Of a stretch of DNA of 64,000 nucleotides, positions 22,886 to 36,025 are shown piece after piece (within the stretch, counting starts at the first letter, position 1; the number at the start of each line of letters is the position of its first letter). Location of the stretch: positions 54,746,001-54,810,000 of the forward strand of contig CM060732.1 of assembly GCA_030704615.1 (NCBI GenBank). Reading direction: 5' to 3'. The translations under genes and the position numbers were made by a program. This DNA comes from Takakia lepidozioides (taxonomy: Eukaryota; Plantae; Bryophyta). The notes beneath the pieces were generated by a model, which was not told where the DNA came from, ran no database searches, and saw only the letters and a list, made by a program, of their open reading frames with translations.

Positions 22886-23477
22886 ATGAAAAGGAAACAA
22901 GAGGTTCCGAACATGTCTGTGAAGGAGGATCATGGAGCCATCAGCAAGAAGCACAAGAAGAAGCCGATTGCCGTTCGAGATTGGCCAGAGGGTTGCCATC
23001 CTGTTGGGGACGAGGCATTAGCCTGTGGTTGTTTGGGGGATGAGGACGAGAAAGGGACTGTTGATTTGACAGATTTGTGGAATTCAGCTGCCACTCGGGT
23101 ATTTGGATGTGATCTGAATGGTGATAAGGCGGCTCGCTTGAGCCTGGATGCTGCTGCCAGTGAGGAGTCCAGCATCCAGTGAGGAGTCCAGTGGGGGCAA
23201 GAGGGTTTGCCATACTGTTGGGGACGAGGAATTAGCCTGCGCTTGTTCGGAGGATGAGGATGAGGACGGGAATGTTGATTTTAGAGAGTTATGGAATAGA
23301 GCCGCCATTCGGCTTTTTGGTTGTGATCTGAATGGTAATAAGGTGGATCGCTTGAGCCTGGCTGCTATTGCCCGTGAGGACGCAGCATTATGTACATCTT
23401 ATATAAACAGTGAGGAGTCAGCAGCATCATGTGCATCTGACATAAAGAGCGAGTCGGACAGTTCGATGACTGGATGA
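22886..23477 (+). pseudogene. Unknown ~190-aa ORF with two ~60-aa repeats, frameshifted by a 19-bp duplication
   Basis: ORFs 22886..23182 and 23148..23477 fuse if one copy of the CCAGTGAGGAGTCCAG repeat (19-bp period) is removed. Basic N-terminus; TATA-like element near 22730. Confidence 0.45.
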
Positions 23478-25407
23478 GCTGGCCGGAGGGGGTGAGAGCG
23501 CCGTTGAACAACCAATCTGGACAGGACCAGGATTATGATTGCAATGACTAGGAACATGCAGTAGATGGGCCATAGATCTCTATTGGAGGGGCGGATGGCA
23601 ACTGCGCCAATGGGTCGATCTACAAACATGGACAAGGCTGTGGCAGCTATTCCAGATTGGCCGAGGATTGTTGTCCGAGTTTCGGCCGGCTGGATGGTTG
23701 TGCTGGTGAGAAGCAAGTCAAGGTGCTGAAGTTCCATGAATGATAGGAAAAAATTTAGTTCCAAAGGAGAAGCCGATGGCTGTGACCCATCGGCTTGCAG
23801 ATTCACTATGGCTTGTTGACATTGAAGACTACTTCTAAGTACCTTAATCTTCAAATGGCTGATGACCTGCTCGCCCTCTGCTCTGGTGCTACTGATTCAG
23901 AAAGTTTAGAAAAATATGGGCTCAGCCGCTCCTCAGCCGCAAGCTCTTGGAAACAATCTTGAGCAAATTATATTTTGTGACCATATTTAAAGTCAATCAA
24001 ATGTTTTAGCCCGCACTAAGTAGGATTATCTAAAGATTCGAATGTGCATGCCTGTTACAAGCTTCAGCAGATAGATTATGTAAGTTCGAGATGATCGATA
24101 GAACAAACATTTTGAAACGTTCACAGGATTGTTTACCTCCATGGGGCACCTGCTGCACGTACCTGAACATTGATTTCTACATTTTACTTGGGGACATTTT
24201 TGCTTGCACGATGAAGGACCATGTCAAGCAAATTACTCTTATCCCAGTCAGGCTTCTTCACTGTTCCTTACAAAAGTCCCACAGCATAGGGGCAGGTGAC
24301 ATGAGCTTGTACCGTTGTTAGTTCAGGTTGGTTAGGCTATGGTAGTGGCTGTCTTGCTTTGAGATTTGTTTCGCGTAGAGGCATTAGCAGACCTAGCGAA
24401 TGAAACTAGCACTGAACCTCATGTTGAACCAAAAATCTACATTTTTTTGCATCCCATATATGATGGTACTTGCATTGTGTGCCCTAGACTGTATAAGGCC
24501 AGACACTCCAACTTCCATTACTGGCATTACTCCCCTTGCTTATCCCCATGTTGATTTGAATTGATTCTTATTAGTCAGCCATCTACTTGTTTGTGTGTAT
24601 GGGGGGATACCGTTTGGGCCTAATTCAGTGTTACAAGAGATAAGTAGCACAACCCTAAACCCCACGTAATGTTGTATGTAAATTGACAACCAAATCAAGA
24701 TATCCAGCTAAATATACCCCAAGGTATGGGTGCATGTGTTAAACAACTTTCATTTTAAATGAAGAAACAAATTTGACAGCTCATGCATTTGACAATGATG
24801 TCCTCTGGGCTGAAGTCCAAGGATAAACTGGAAACCATAGAACAAAAAGGACTCAAATGCTGAGAGAATCTCAAAATACAGGAGTGGTAACACAAAGACA
24901 AAGCGAAGATATCAAGATGGACAAAAGTTCCATGATGTTTAAATGTCATTAATGAATTCGATCTAGGTTTCACACTTATATCGGCTGGATTGGGGTAACA
25001 ATCCAAGGGTCCTACAGGGAGCGGAACAAGAAAAGATCCACACAATCAATAGATGTCCCAAGCAATGGATGCAATCCCTCCCTATCAAAGATGTTTGATG
25101 ACTTTCAACCGCCTGAGAGTCACCTTAATACAATTACAAGTTTGCCATGAGCAATGTGCGTGTATACCTGTCTTAATTCGATTTGCTGGAATCAGGGTTA
25201 CACCCTCAATTCAACCAATAGACCCAAAAACAACAATCGAGAACAGAGTCTCTTATGCTGTATCAGGCATGACATTCCGCAAAACTTCAATCAATTGTCA
25301 CTTGTCCTCAACCCCGTTGTCAAAAGAGAGAGGGTTTTTCTCCTCGTCGTACAAATGACACTCTGTCATAATTGTCTTCATTAGTCGCCAGTTCCATGTG
25401 GTCACAT

Positions 25408-25725
25408 TAAGGTACTGTCAAAACAAAACAGGCAACAAAATCAACTCACAAAGGGTTAGTCAGAAAGGACTCCAGGACTCTTTCAGAAGAAAGTAAAGTG
25501 CCGTGTTCCAGGAAGACTGTTAAGGTTAGGACCCTTTCAAAAACGGTTTTGCATCTAAAAGTAGTGAAAGGTTAAGGTACTGTCGAAACAAAACATGCAA
25601 CAAAATCAAGAACAAAGTGTTAGGTCAGAAAGGACTCGAGGACTCTTTGAGACGACTGTTCCCGGAAGACTGTTAAGGTTAGGACCCTTTCAAAAACGGT
25701 TTTGCATCTAAAAGTAGTGAAAGGT
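25408..25725. repeat. Tandem duplication, ~160-bp unit, two copies
   Basis: TAAGGTACTGTC...GCATCTAAAAGTAGTGAAAGGT occurs twice. Confidence 0.9.
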
Positions 25726-26164
25726 CGACATAAGCCAGTAGAACAACAGAGAACAGCAATCATATACTCATTAAGAAAATTAAGAACCCTAAACTTTATT
25801 TCTGGTTTTGTAGTTTCATGACGGTCCTCTGACAGAATCTGACTTCCTACGTCAGTGGGTGGCCATTAAGGTAACCTTACAAGTGTAAGATCACCTGCTG
25901 AAGTGAGGGGTGCCAGGCATCGGGCAAACATTACTTTGCAGGGGAAGGTCTCATGCATTGAGCCTTCGGCGGTTTTCGAACCCTAGACCTCCGACTACAG
26001 CCTTTCATCCTCAGGGTTCTTAAATAGGGGAAGGCTCTCTGCCAGACTGGGTTAAAAAACCTGGAAGCCTCGGTACCCCAAAAACCTTGAACACATTCCC
26101 AAGATTGACTGGTGTCAGGGAAGACTTGACAGACTAATCACTTGAGCAATTCTTTCAGAATATA

Positions 26165-26462
26165 TCAGAGAAGGAGATAAAGAGGCCGAAAGGTAATTGG
26201 GCCGCAATATTCTATCATCTCGGAGAACCAGGAATGTTTCTCGATAGAAATGGACCTTTGTCGTGAGGTTGGGTAACTTCCAAGTTCTCCTGACATGTAG
26301 CTCCTGAGCTCCTTTCTGATGAGTTGGTTGCGGTCGTGCTCGGATGTGATGATCACCCCTTCTGGGTTCACTGGCAAAAGTGAAGCCATAGAGAGTCCAT
26401 GGCGTTCAAAAAAGGTATCCACACGAGCATACCAGGATTTGAAGCCTGCATTTTTTAGTGTC
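26165..26462 (-). mobile_element. Internal fragment of LINE family A ORF2
   Basis: AGFKSWYARVDTFFERHGLS...HDRNQLIRKEL matches AGFRNSWYARVDSLFQRNGLS...HDRNRLIRREL at ~55015-55165. Confidence 0.85.
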
Positions 26463-28399
26463 ATAGATGAAAGAGAGAGAGAGAAGATGTTCAAGGCAGA
26501 ATGACGGTGGAGACGATAGACTTGGCAGAATTGCAGAGACTTCTCTTAACTTAAGCCAGACAGAGAGCTTGTAGATAAGACTGCTTCCAGATGTTTGTCA
26601 TTTGAAAATTGGCTAACTTAGCTTGCCTTCCTCACCGTTCAGTTGGTCATCACTACCAACACGGATCAATTGAGCAGCTAAGCTTAGGCAGACCTAGGAA
26701 CGGTACAGTGTATAACCACACTTGTGTCAAGATGATGGAGTCCACACCGATACTCTGATATGTGATAGAAGAGTTTGCCTACATTGCCATGAACATTCTC
26801 CACTTCCCGCTGTGTAATTTGTTAGTGCCTTCAGCATGCTTTGAGAGATGTAGCCTGGTGTTTACCTGTAATACATGTCATCTGTGGCAGAAGCCCCTCG
26901 TCGGACTGTCCTCTTCATGGCAGAGATACCATTGTGTTTCGTGTCTTTCTCACAGATCTTCGGTGCTACAAACATCGGCTATGAGGGTTAGACCTAGGTT
27001 AGTAGGTTGATTGTGTATCTCAACGCAAGTCATCCCAAACCCTAAACCCTTTCATTGCATTGGACACCTGTAAATATGTCATTCGCAATTTGGTGCATGC
27101 CTGAGCGAGAGGGAAGGAAGGAAGAGGGAAGAGATCGAGGGAGGTGGAAGTGGCTGGCATCGCTGTGGCTACAGATTTCAAAGCCTTGGGCTGCGATGTT
27201 TTTGTAAAGGGGCATCCCTATGTAGAGGAGAGTCGGGTAAGAAGCTCGGAAGGAGGTAGGGTATAGGGAAATGGCGAGGCGTGGCATAAGTGTAGAGGAC
27301 TTCTTCTTCACGCAGCAACTGCCCTCTGCCATGGGTGGTCCTGGGGGGAAAGCATTCTACCACGCCTTGCTCTCCGGACCTCCACACTGGTATTTAGTTC
27401 ATACAATTCGCTGCCCTTTTTGTCGTTTGATTGTATAAAGTGCTACCTCTGAATCTGGCGAGAGAAAGAGCAGATGAATTGACACAGAGAGACACGCATA
27501 GAGAGATACCCATGTCATATGTATGTTCTGGATTAGTTGCAGTCATGCACGAGGTAAATTCTTAAGATTCCTCTATGTAGGTATTGTTCATACGGGGATT
27601 TCATATGGACCTTCGCCACGAAGTCGGAGCACCCGTGGTGTCTGTATCCATGGGATTGTTGTGTACATTTGATATTCCATCAGGTATTGATATGAAGTGC
27701 CCGGATGTATATTTTCTCAGGTTCAATAAGATCCAACAGTCTGCCCACAATTTCCCATGGGTTAGCTCCTGGCTGGAAACCAATATTAAATGAGTATCAT
27801 TTTCAGAACCAAGAGAGATCCAAACACAAATCAATTCTACAATAGCAGGCAGCTAAGAATCCATTCCAATGGGCCAGAGTGCAGATTTGCGATGTAGCTA
27901 CGTTCGCCCTCTGACTGTTTCTTGGGGTACTGCAACCAGGTCAGTGATAGCCGTTCACTGCGGTCTTAGAACCTGAATTCACTTAGCTGTCTGAATCTGG
28001 AGCTTTTTAAAAGTAAAGCAACCCACCAGATAACTACTGTGTTATGCTGTGAAGATGGTCCCAAGGTACCGCTGGTCACAGCTGCACTGGACCTGAAGTG
28101 CGATGTTGTATTGATCGAGATTATTGGGTTGCAGTGGGAAAACATCACTTCTGTTGCAGTTTGCTTACAACTCTGCCCTGGACAAATCGTCATCTGCAAC
28201 GTTCATCTGCAAGCGCGGTGCATTGGACATCAACCCCCCATATGCCACAGAGGTTGATACTTTGTTCAATTTCTTTGCTCTGCCTCTTTAAATGTCTTTA
28301 AATGTCCTGTTCTAATGTCTTCAGAATGTGTTTTGAGAAGCTATAAGAGCATTTAGATTTTAGTGTTGAAGAGGTTTGTTTGGAAGGTTCTCCATGTAC

Positions 28400-29063
28400 A
28401 TCTTTCATGCTCCTTTTTCGGTCAGCTCCTTGAAGATGTGGAAAGTGAGGGATTTGGGTTAAAGGTGGGTGATGCCACCAAACCAGCTCTTATGTTTGCA
28501 GATGACATCGCAGGCTGAGGGGATACCCCATCCACACTTCAGGAGTTGATTGATTGTGTGAAGAGGTACTTTGACCTGTGGAGGCTAGAAGCCAATGTTA
28601 GTAAATGCGCGGTGTGGCCTTCAATGATCGTGGGGAGGGGAGAAGGGGATCTCAAATGGACATGGGGCAGTGAAGAGATCCCCGTGCTCCCTTCCTACAC
28701 ATATCTTGGTTTTGAGTTTTCCTTCAGTTGTAACTGGTATGCGCTTATACAAAAAGTGGTTCAAACAGCTAAACACAAAGCTTTGGGTCTCACTCAATTT
28801 TTCACTGCAGAGGGACAGATACTGAAGTTAATAGGACCATGCTTTGCAACGTTATTAGGTCTACCTTGGAATATACATCTGCCATATGGGAGGGTGACTC
28901 CAACTATGCTCAAACTTTAGAATCCATTCAACTTTCGGTGCTCAAAGAGAGCATGTCAAAGTGCTCTAGAACACCTAACATGGCTGTTTGGACCGAGTTT
29001 GGCGTGACACCCATGAGCTCTCGATGTGATGAGCTCAAGGTCAGATGGTGGAGTCAATGGTAG
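28400..29063 (+). mobile_element. LINE family B reverse transcriptase fragment
   Basis: QLLEDVESEGFGL..ALMFADD..IDCVKRYFDLW..YTYLG..KVRWW, homologous to 56400-57040 (-). Confidence 0.9.
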
Positions 29064-32000
29064 ATTTCCGGCCCTGAATTTAATTTCAGTCTAGTGCCGA
29101 GGGTAGGTGACCATCTGTACGGCCCTCACCAATGTCACAAACTTCAGGGAAGTTTTGTGCCTAACTTTGTTCTGTTCGGACTTCCTTTGTGCTTCCGACA
29201 TCACCTTAGACACACCAGCCTCCAAGTCATTCATGTCAGGATTTCTTTGAGGCTTTTGTGTTTTTCTATTAGTGGCACTTCTGCCCCGACCTCAGAGGCT
29301 CAATTATACCTCAGAGACTGCACTACACCTGCACTTGCCAGATTTTCTAAACTAAAACTAGACTTCTGGGCGCTATCCAAAGAACTCGGCCCTGTTAGTA
29401 CCAAACTATGTTGGTGGCCAACTACCTGTTAAGGGCTTACCATTTTCACAATATTGCAATGCAAATTGAGCTTGAGATTCCACTACACTGAGAGCTGACA
29501 AATATGTTTTGCTTCTGGCAGGGTGTGGATCCCTCTTCTGATGTGTTCGCCCGAGTCACCATGAAGTACGTGCATCTGTTCCTACCACATGCAGGGTCAT
29601 TCATAATCATTTGTGCTGATTCCCCAAAGCTTTCATCTCATCATTGATGTCTTGCTGGGAGCTTTTTCTCTCAAAGGTGTCCAGTTGTTGGATCACATGC
29701 TCCTCTTTTTGGCTGTTGTTTTTGGGGCAGTGCTTCACCCCAATCCTCACCACCCATGGTATCTCCTTAGCATCATGGCTCCTTCGTAGCCCATACCCCA
29801 TGATGGAAGGCCGGGTTGGGGTTAGTGGTTCAACACAAGAGGGAAGTCATGGGAGGAGCCACTTGGAGTGAAACCTGCACATTAGTTGAAAGGCTGAGAA
29901 TAGGATGTCGCTGGCATTTCACTGCAGATATGTAAGTGATGACGAAGAGCTTCGGATGTATTTTGCTGCCTTCCACACGCAAAGTGCGTTGCCCTGTGCT
30001 GTAGTCGTTGACAACTTCTACGATATCTTTGATGAAAGGTATGTAATTGCTATATGCACATGAAACATGGAGTGAAAGGCAACACATGGTGACTTATCTG
30101 AAAAGAAGCTCAAGCTGCCAAGCTAAAGCTCAGATTGGTTTGCTCACACAGGAAATGTCGTGAACGCTACGGCCAGATGCGTGCTAGGGAGATGGCCATG
30201 GTTAGGACGTTGGCTCTTTGTCATGACTCCATCAACTATGCTAAGTGAGTCTAGGGTACATGCAGTAGCCCAAATACCTCTCCAATTTTGTACCTGTCCG
30301 AAAAGAAGGGGTTTGCCAGCCATCCAGTCCTAAACCAGAACATGGAATCTTCCCCTGGAACACGGGCAAAATGCCTTTGTCACCTGCATTATGCAGTTAG
30401 GAACTGGAGGGACTGACACAATGTAAGTGGATTTAAACCATGCGTGGCAGGACACATCTTCTTGTGCACAATTTTTTCAATGTACATATATATGTACCTT
30501 TGGATGTATAAAGTGTGCTGTGCTGTGCCGCTATACATGTGTACATGCTGTCAAACTTAACTGAGTGCAGCTTCAAGTGGCAGGTTGCTGTCACTGTCTA
30601 TGATAAAATTGGGAACCTGCAAGGAATTCCTTATAAGGGTAACCTACCTTGGCTTAGTTCTGCCCCTGATTTATTGTTGGCTTTTTGATGCAGTGAAAGA
30701 TTGGTGCCAGACCTGCAGTGTAGGCTTGTAATTTCAGACACATACGGAGGGAAAGGACCACGTTTACAGTACATGTATCAGCGATGGCTTCCTCAAATCT
30801 TCACTATCAGAGGTTTGGCTCCTGTAGTCTAGGGCTCCCACCAGTAAAGCATGAATGTTGTAACTCTACCTCTTTATGGTCTGTCATATGAATGGAAAAT
30901 GCAATCACTAATGGTACATTTGCAGGGAGATGGGAATCTAATATTTGAGAGTGGAGTCTTGTCGATGTTCAGCCACTGGAAGGGCTCTCTTAAGAGTAAA
31001 TACATGACCATTGAAAAGATCCACATCATTTGTGGAAATGGTTGCCAAGTTTTTGAGGGGCATCTGGTTCCAAACTCCAAACTTCTATTGAATTGTAAGG
31101 CTGTCTATGACAAATCCATTTTGAGTTCATGGTGAGAAATGTACGATGACTGCAGTCAACATGTGACTCACATCCTATCGCGTGCAATCAACTCAAGTAT
31201 AAGGAGGTTAAGAATCTGTCAGGTAAACGAGCTATGCATGTTGACACCATTGTTTGGGTGGTGGTTGCAGCCTTCGACCGCTTCACATTTTCACTCACAG
31301 CTCTCCAAGATGAACAAAGCCAGAACTGTGAAGATGTGCGAGCAGTCTATTCCCTGCAAAACACACTTCGACTCCTGCACTTTGAGAAGTGCCCAAAGTA
31401 AAACTCTCTTTTTCCAACCCCTTCCAACATTTCTGAATGGTGCTGATCGACGCCCTTGAAGAAATATCAATGATTCCAGAGTTCCATGCATGATAAAATG
31501 TAGCTTAACAAGGCTGTGAAGAAAACTGCATTTATTTTTAAATGTAGACTTCCATTTGGAACTAAAATTGGGAAGGGTGTAGTCCACTCCGGGTTGCACC
31601 ATACTCCAAGCCTTCAAAGGGCAAAGGGCTTGCAAAAAATATTGTTACATCTGTGGGAGGTCCAAAAGAACATTGTTTCATGTGTGAGCTAGTGTTCCAG
31701 AGACAGGGAGAACTTGAAAATTTACAACTGGGTCTGCTTGATGGAACTGGCACTCTGATTTGAGGCAAGGCAATTTGAATTTTTTTGCCGACAGCAAGTT
31801 TCTAGATGTCTACAGAGACTTTTGTGCCTTGGTTTCGTGTAGATACAAGCTTCTTGTAACTTGTACTTGCCCTCCAGCACCCTCTGGTCATATCTCACCT
31901 ATATTTCACTTGTCAGCTTGGACATATTCAGAGGCTATATTGTGCCTAACTACACTAAATTTAACTGGCTTGTCATCTTGACAGTAAGCTGCTGACAAAA

Positions 32001-32093
32001 AGGGCAACACCAACTGTAGCATCATATGACAAACCACTTCTTTCAACCTTGCTTTTTCCCGAGAAAAACTTCCTTTCATGCATGTTTCTCCAT

Positions 32094-35000
32094 TCACCAA
32101 TACTCCCCACAAGAACAAGCCCCGTCTTCAAAGTGGTGAAAGCGGTTGGAATCCCGTACAACAATTGCTCGCCCAACAATCTTTGAGATGAACCTGGTGG
32201 CTGTGTGGCAGTCTCCACACACCCTAAGGTTCTTGATGATACGGAGGGGTGTACCAGGGGATGTGCTGATCAGCCCAAAAGCAATGGCCAACTTCTCACT
32301 GTGGTGACCAAGAGAAAATGCCTTTTGCTCCTTCTCCACGTCATGCAATACAAACCGTGTCTCAGCCACGAACCCTGCCTCCTTCATATCCCGAGACAGT
32401 CTTTCAAGCTCAGCATGGATTTCTTCAATTTGTGGATGCAATCTGTCGTTTACCATGAATGTATGCATCCCATTGTTGACCTCAATGTAGCAGCAACCTG
32501 GCTCCTTTCTGACACCTCTGACCTTCATCATTTTTCTCACCTTTGCAGTGTCATCCCACCTGCCAGCTGAAGCATAAATATTTGACAACAGCACATACAT
32601 TGCAGCATCCTGTTGATCCAACTTGAGAAGGCATTTCGCTGCACGTTCTGCCACCTCCACATTGCCATGAACGTTGCAGGCACCAAGCATGACCCTCCAT
32701 ACCGCAGCAGGTGGTTCAATTGGCATTTTGTTAATGAAGTCCTCTGCCTCATCGAATCGCCCTGCACGACCAAGAAGGTCCACCATGCATCCAAAATGCT
32801 CCCCTGTAGGAGTGAGGCCATGACCTCGAGTCAGGGAATCCCAGTAGTGCCTGCCTTCATCCACTAGGCCCACATGACCACAAGCAGAGAGAACACAAAC
32901 AAAAGTGATACCAGTTGGCTTTAACCCTTCCTGTTGCATTTGTTCAAATAAGTCCAGTGCATTCCTACCACGCCCATGCTGGGCATATCCTGCAATCATT
33001 GCACTCCATGAAACCACATCTCGTTCAGCCATTTTGTCAAATACCCAATTTGCATCCTTTATGCTCCCGCATTTGGCATACATGTCTATAAGGCTATTCT
33101 GCAAAATGATATTTGGCACAATTCCAGCTTTCATGATATCAGCATGGACCTCTTTGCCCTTTTCCAGCGCTGCCATACTGGCACACGCCTTGAGAACACA
33201 AACAAAAGTGACCTGGTCAGCTGTCACCCCTTCCTGTATCATGTGCTCATAGGTATCCAAAGCCTCCCTACTGCAGCCATGCTGGGCATATCCTGCAATC
33301 ATTACACTCCATGAGACAACATCTCGTTGAGCCATATGGCCAAACACTTGACTTGCATCTCTCATGCTCCCACATTTGGCATACATGGTGACAAGGGCAG
33401 TGTCCAGAATGATATTTGGCACAATTCTGGCTTTCATGATGCTTTCATGGACCTCTTTCCCCTTCTCTAGTGCCTGGCCAGCACATGCATTGAGAACACA
33501 AACAAACGTGACCTGGTCTGGTATCACCCCTTCCTGTATCATTTGCTCATATATCTCCAAAGCCTCCCGACCACACCCATGCTGAGCATATCCTGTGATC
33601 ATCGCATTCCATGAGACCACAGTTCGTTGAGCCATATTGTCAAACACACGACGTGCATCCTTCACATTCCCACATTTGGCATACATGTCCAATAGGGCAG
33701 TGTCCATATTGATATCTGGCACAATTCCAGCTTTCACAATATCAGCATGGATCTCTTTCCCCCACTCCCAGGTTGCTAGGCTGGCACAGGCATTGAGAAC
33801 ACAAACAAAGGTGACATGGTCAGGTGTCACCCTTTCCCGTATCATTTGCTCATATGTCCCCAAAGCCTCCCTACCATGCCCATGCTGGCAGTATCCTGCG
33901 ATCATTGCATTCCATGAGACCACATCTCTTTGAGCCATATTGTCAAACACTTGCTGCGCATCCTCTATGCTGCCACATTTGGCATACATGCCAACCAGGG
34001 CAGTCTCAAGAACAAAATTTGGCAGCATTCCAGCGTTCATGATGTCAGCATGGACCTCTTTGCCCTTCTCCAGGGCTGCCTGGCTGGTACATGCCTTGAG
34101 AGCACAAATAAATGTGACATGGTTCGGCATCACCCCTTCCTGTATCATTTGCTTATAGATCTCAAAGGCCTCTCTACTGTAACCATGCTTGGCATACCCT
34201 GTCATTATTAAATTCCATGTAACTGTATTTAGTTTAGGCATTTTGTCAAACACAAGGCGTGCATCCGCAATGCTCCCGCACTTGGCATACATGTTGACAA
34301 GGGTGTTGTGTAGGTAGATATTGGGCTTGATTCCACTTTGGATAATGTGGGTGTGCACCTGCTTCCCCTCTGCTAGGCCATTCATCTTGATGCACTCTTG
34401 CAAGAGACACACATATGTATCGGAGTCAGCCACAATGCCTCCTTGGTTTAAAATGTGCAATGCCTCTTTCAGTTGTCCTGCCTTACATAGTGTCCTCACA
34501 TCCCCACAAGTGCCAGAAAATTTCTTGTGGACTCCGCCTCTCGGTCCTCTTTCAAAGGAGGCCGTTGGTTGTCTAGGATGGATCTGCACCCACACACTCC
34601 TTCCTGCCTTCTTCAGTTATCCCTGCCCCCAGAACAATAGGCCAAGGTCTGGAAAGGAGTGTAAAATAGTCATACTGCTCTGGCGCAGCCAAGCAAAGAA
34701 TTTGCAATTGGGGTTGATCAATGAGAAGGCATTGCCTTCATCCTAGTGAATCCAGCACTTCTGCACTAGCTTGCATCAATTGTGACAAATTTGCATGCAG
34801 TTGCACTGCCAGATACAGTGTAGAGGAGAAAGGGCACGCAGAGAGAGACAGAGAGAGAGGCCACTATCGTTAATTTGCGAGAAAGCTTCTCCAAGCATAG
34901 GCACTCACCTTATTGCCTGGATTGTCCCACCATTGGCTGGGGCCTGCAAAATCTCCGCCCCCAAGCTTCTCCATGTCTGTACTCGGGCTTTTTGGATATT

Positions 35001-35289
35001 TGAATTTATGGCCCCCTTGCTCGTCCCCCTGTCCATTGAAATCGCCCTCCTCTTCTAGTCTCCACTGCCCAGCAATTGGCAGCTTGAAACTGTTTGAAGA
35101 AAACGTCAGTGCAATGTGGTTCGGAAAATTCACAGGGTTCTCATACAGAGTGTACAGCCCACGCCCTCTTGAAGCTCTCAGCACAGGGTCAGGCTTGCAA
35201 GCAGCGGAGCCTCCTGGTGGGCTGTGAGAGCACCCCGAGATGCCTGGAGAACATATGGAGGGTGGCATGCTTATTGTAGTCGCTGCCAT
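32094..35289 (-). CDS. PLS-class PPR-E-DYW protein (DYW:PG type, C-to-U organellar RNA editing factor); exons 35289-34909 and 34583-32094, ~956 aa
   Basis: 17 P/L/S motifs, E1/E2, PG box (KEPGCCYIEV), HSEKLA, CGDCH and a terminal EYW. The ORF lacks an ATG, but a phase-0 GTGAGT(34908)...CAG(34584) intron joins it to an ATG exon with a Ser/Pro/Ala-rich transit-peptide-like start. Confidence 0.92.
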
Positions 35290-36025
35290 GGCTTCTCCTT
35301 CTACAATTCTTCCGACAAACCAACATTGTGGAAGATGAAGAACTCTCAAACAGTCGGCGGGACATCACAGCTGAGAAATCCCAATGTTTGCAGAAGCAGT
35401 CTAGATTTTGTTTTAGTCTCAGTGAAGAACCACATGTGTGGTTGTTGTTGTGTTTGACTTCAGTATTGCAAAGCTTTGTGTTTAGCTGTTTTGAACCAGT
35501 TTCAGTATAAGCGCATCCCAGTTACAACTGGGGCAAAACTCAACACCAAGATATGTGTAGGAAGAAGGTAGCTGTCTTCATGGTTCCTCCAATCATAAAA
35601 CCATATACCTCCAGCCAGTGATGTTGATTGAAGCCAAGCAAAACAACGCTCATTGTGGGCTGAAGGGACTCCAGCCCTACACGACGATACAGGCCGGATT
35701 TCTAACCACATCCGATTTGCATTGGGGATGAATAGTTGGTATAGATTTAAAAACAGACTGTAGGGAAATATGATGGGTCTCGGAAATGGGGAGGGCCGTC
35801 CATGTGTTGGTCGCTCATGTGTGCTCGGATTCAAATTGTGGAGCATCTTCCCTCCTCTCCGGAAGCTTGGTTGTAAGACAGAGATTCCATAGCAACGATG
35901 CTAAGGAATTGGTAGTGTACAACAGTTTTTTGGGGAGGATGTAGTATGAGAAGAGGAAGGGAAGAGCGGAACACGGAGGAGTGTCTTCGCAAGCTGCATG
36001 TGTCAAGAATTCCCATTGTATTTCG

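Noticed and set aside
25960-26050. tRNA or tRNA-derived SINE (minus-strand GGTTCGAAAACC; a similar motif at ~51255)
   Set aside because: Only a B-box-like motif is visible; I could not build a convincing A-box or cloverleaf.
32094-32500. U-to-C (DYW:KP-type) editing enzyme
   Set aside because: A canonical PG box, HSEKLA and CGDCH indicate an ordinary C-to-U domain. The EYW ending is a conservative variant.
32205-34746. Plus-strand ORFs overlapping the PPR-DYW gene (also those opposite tubulin and the PPR pseudogene)
   Set aside because: These are antisense shadows of real coding frames, with no independent motifs.
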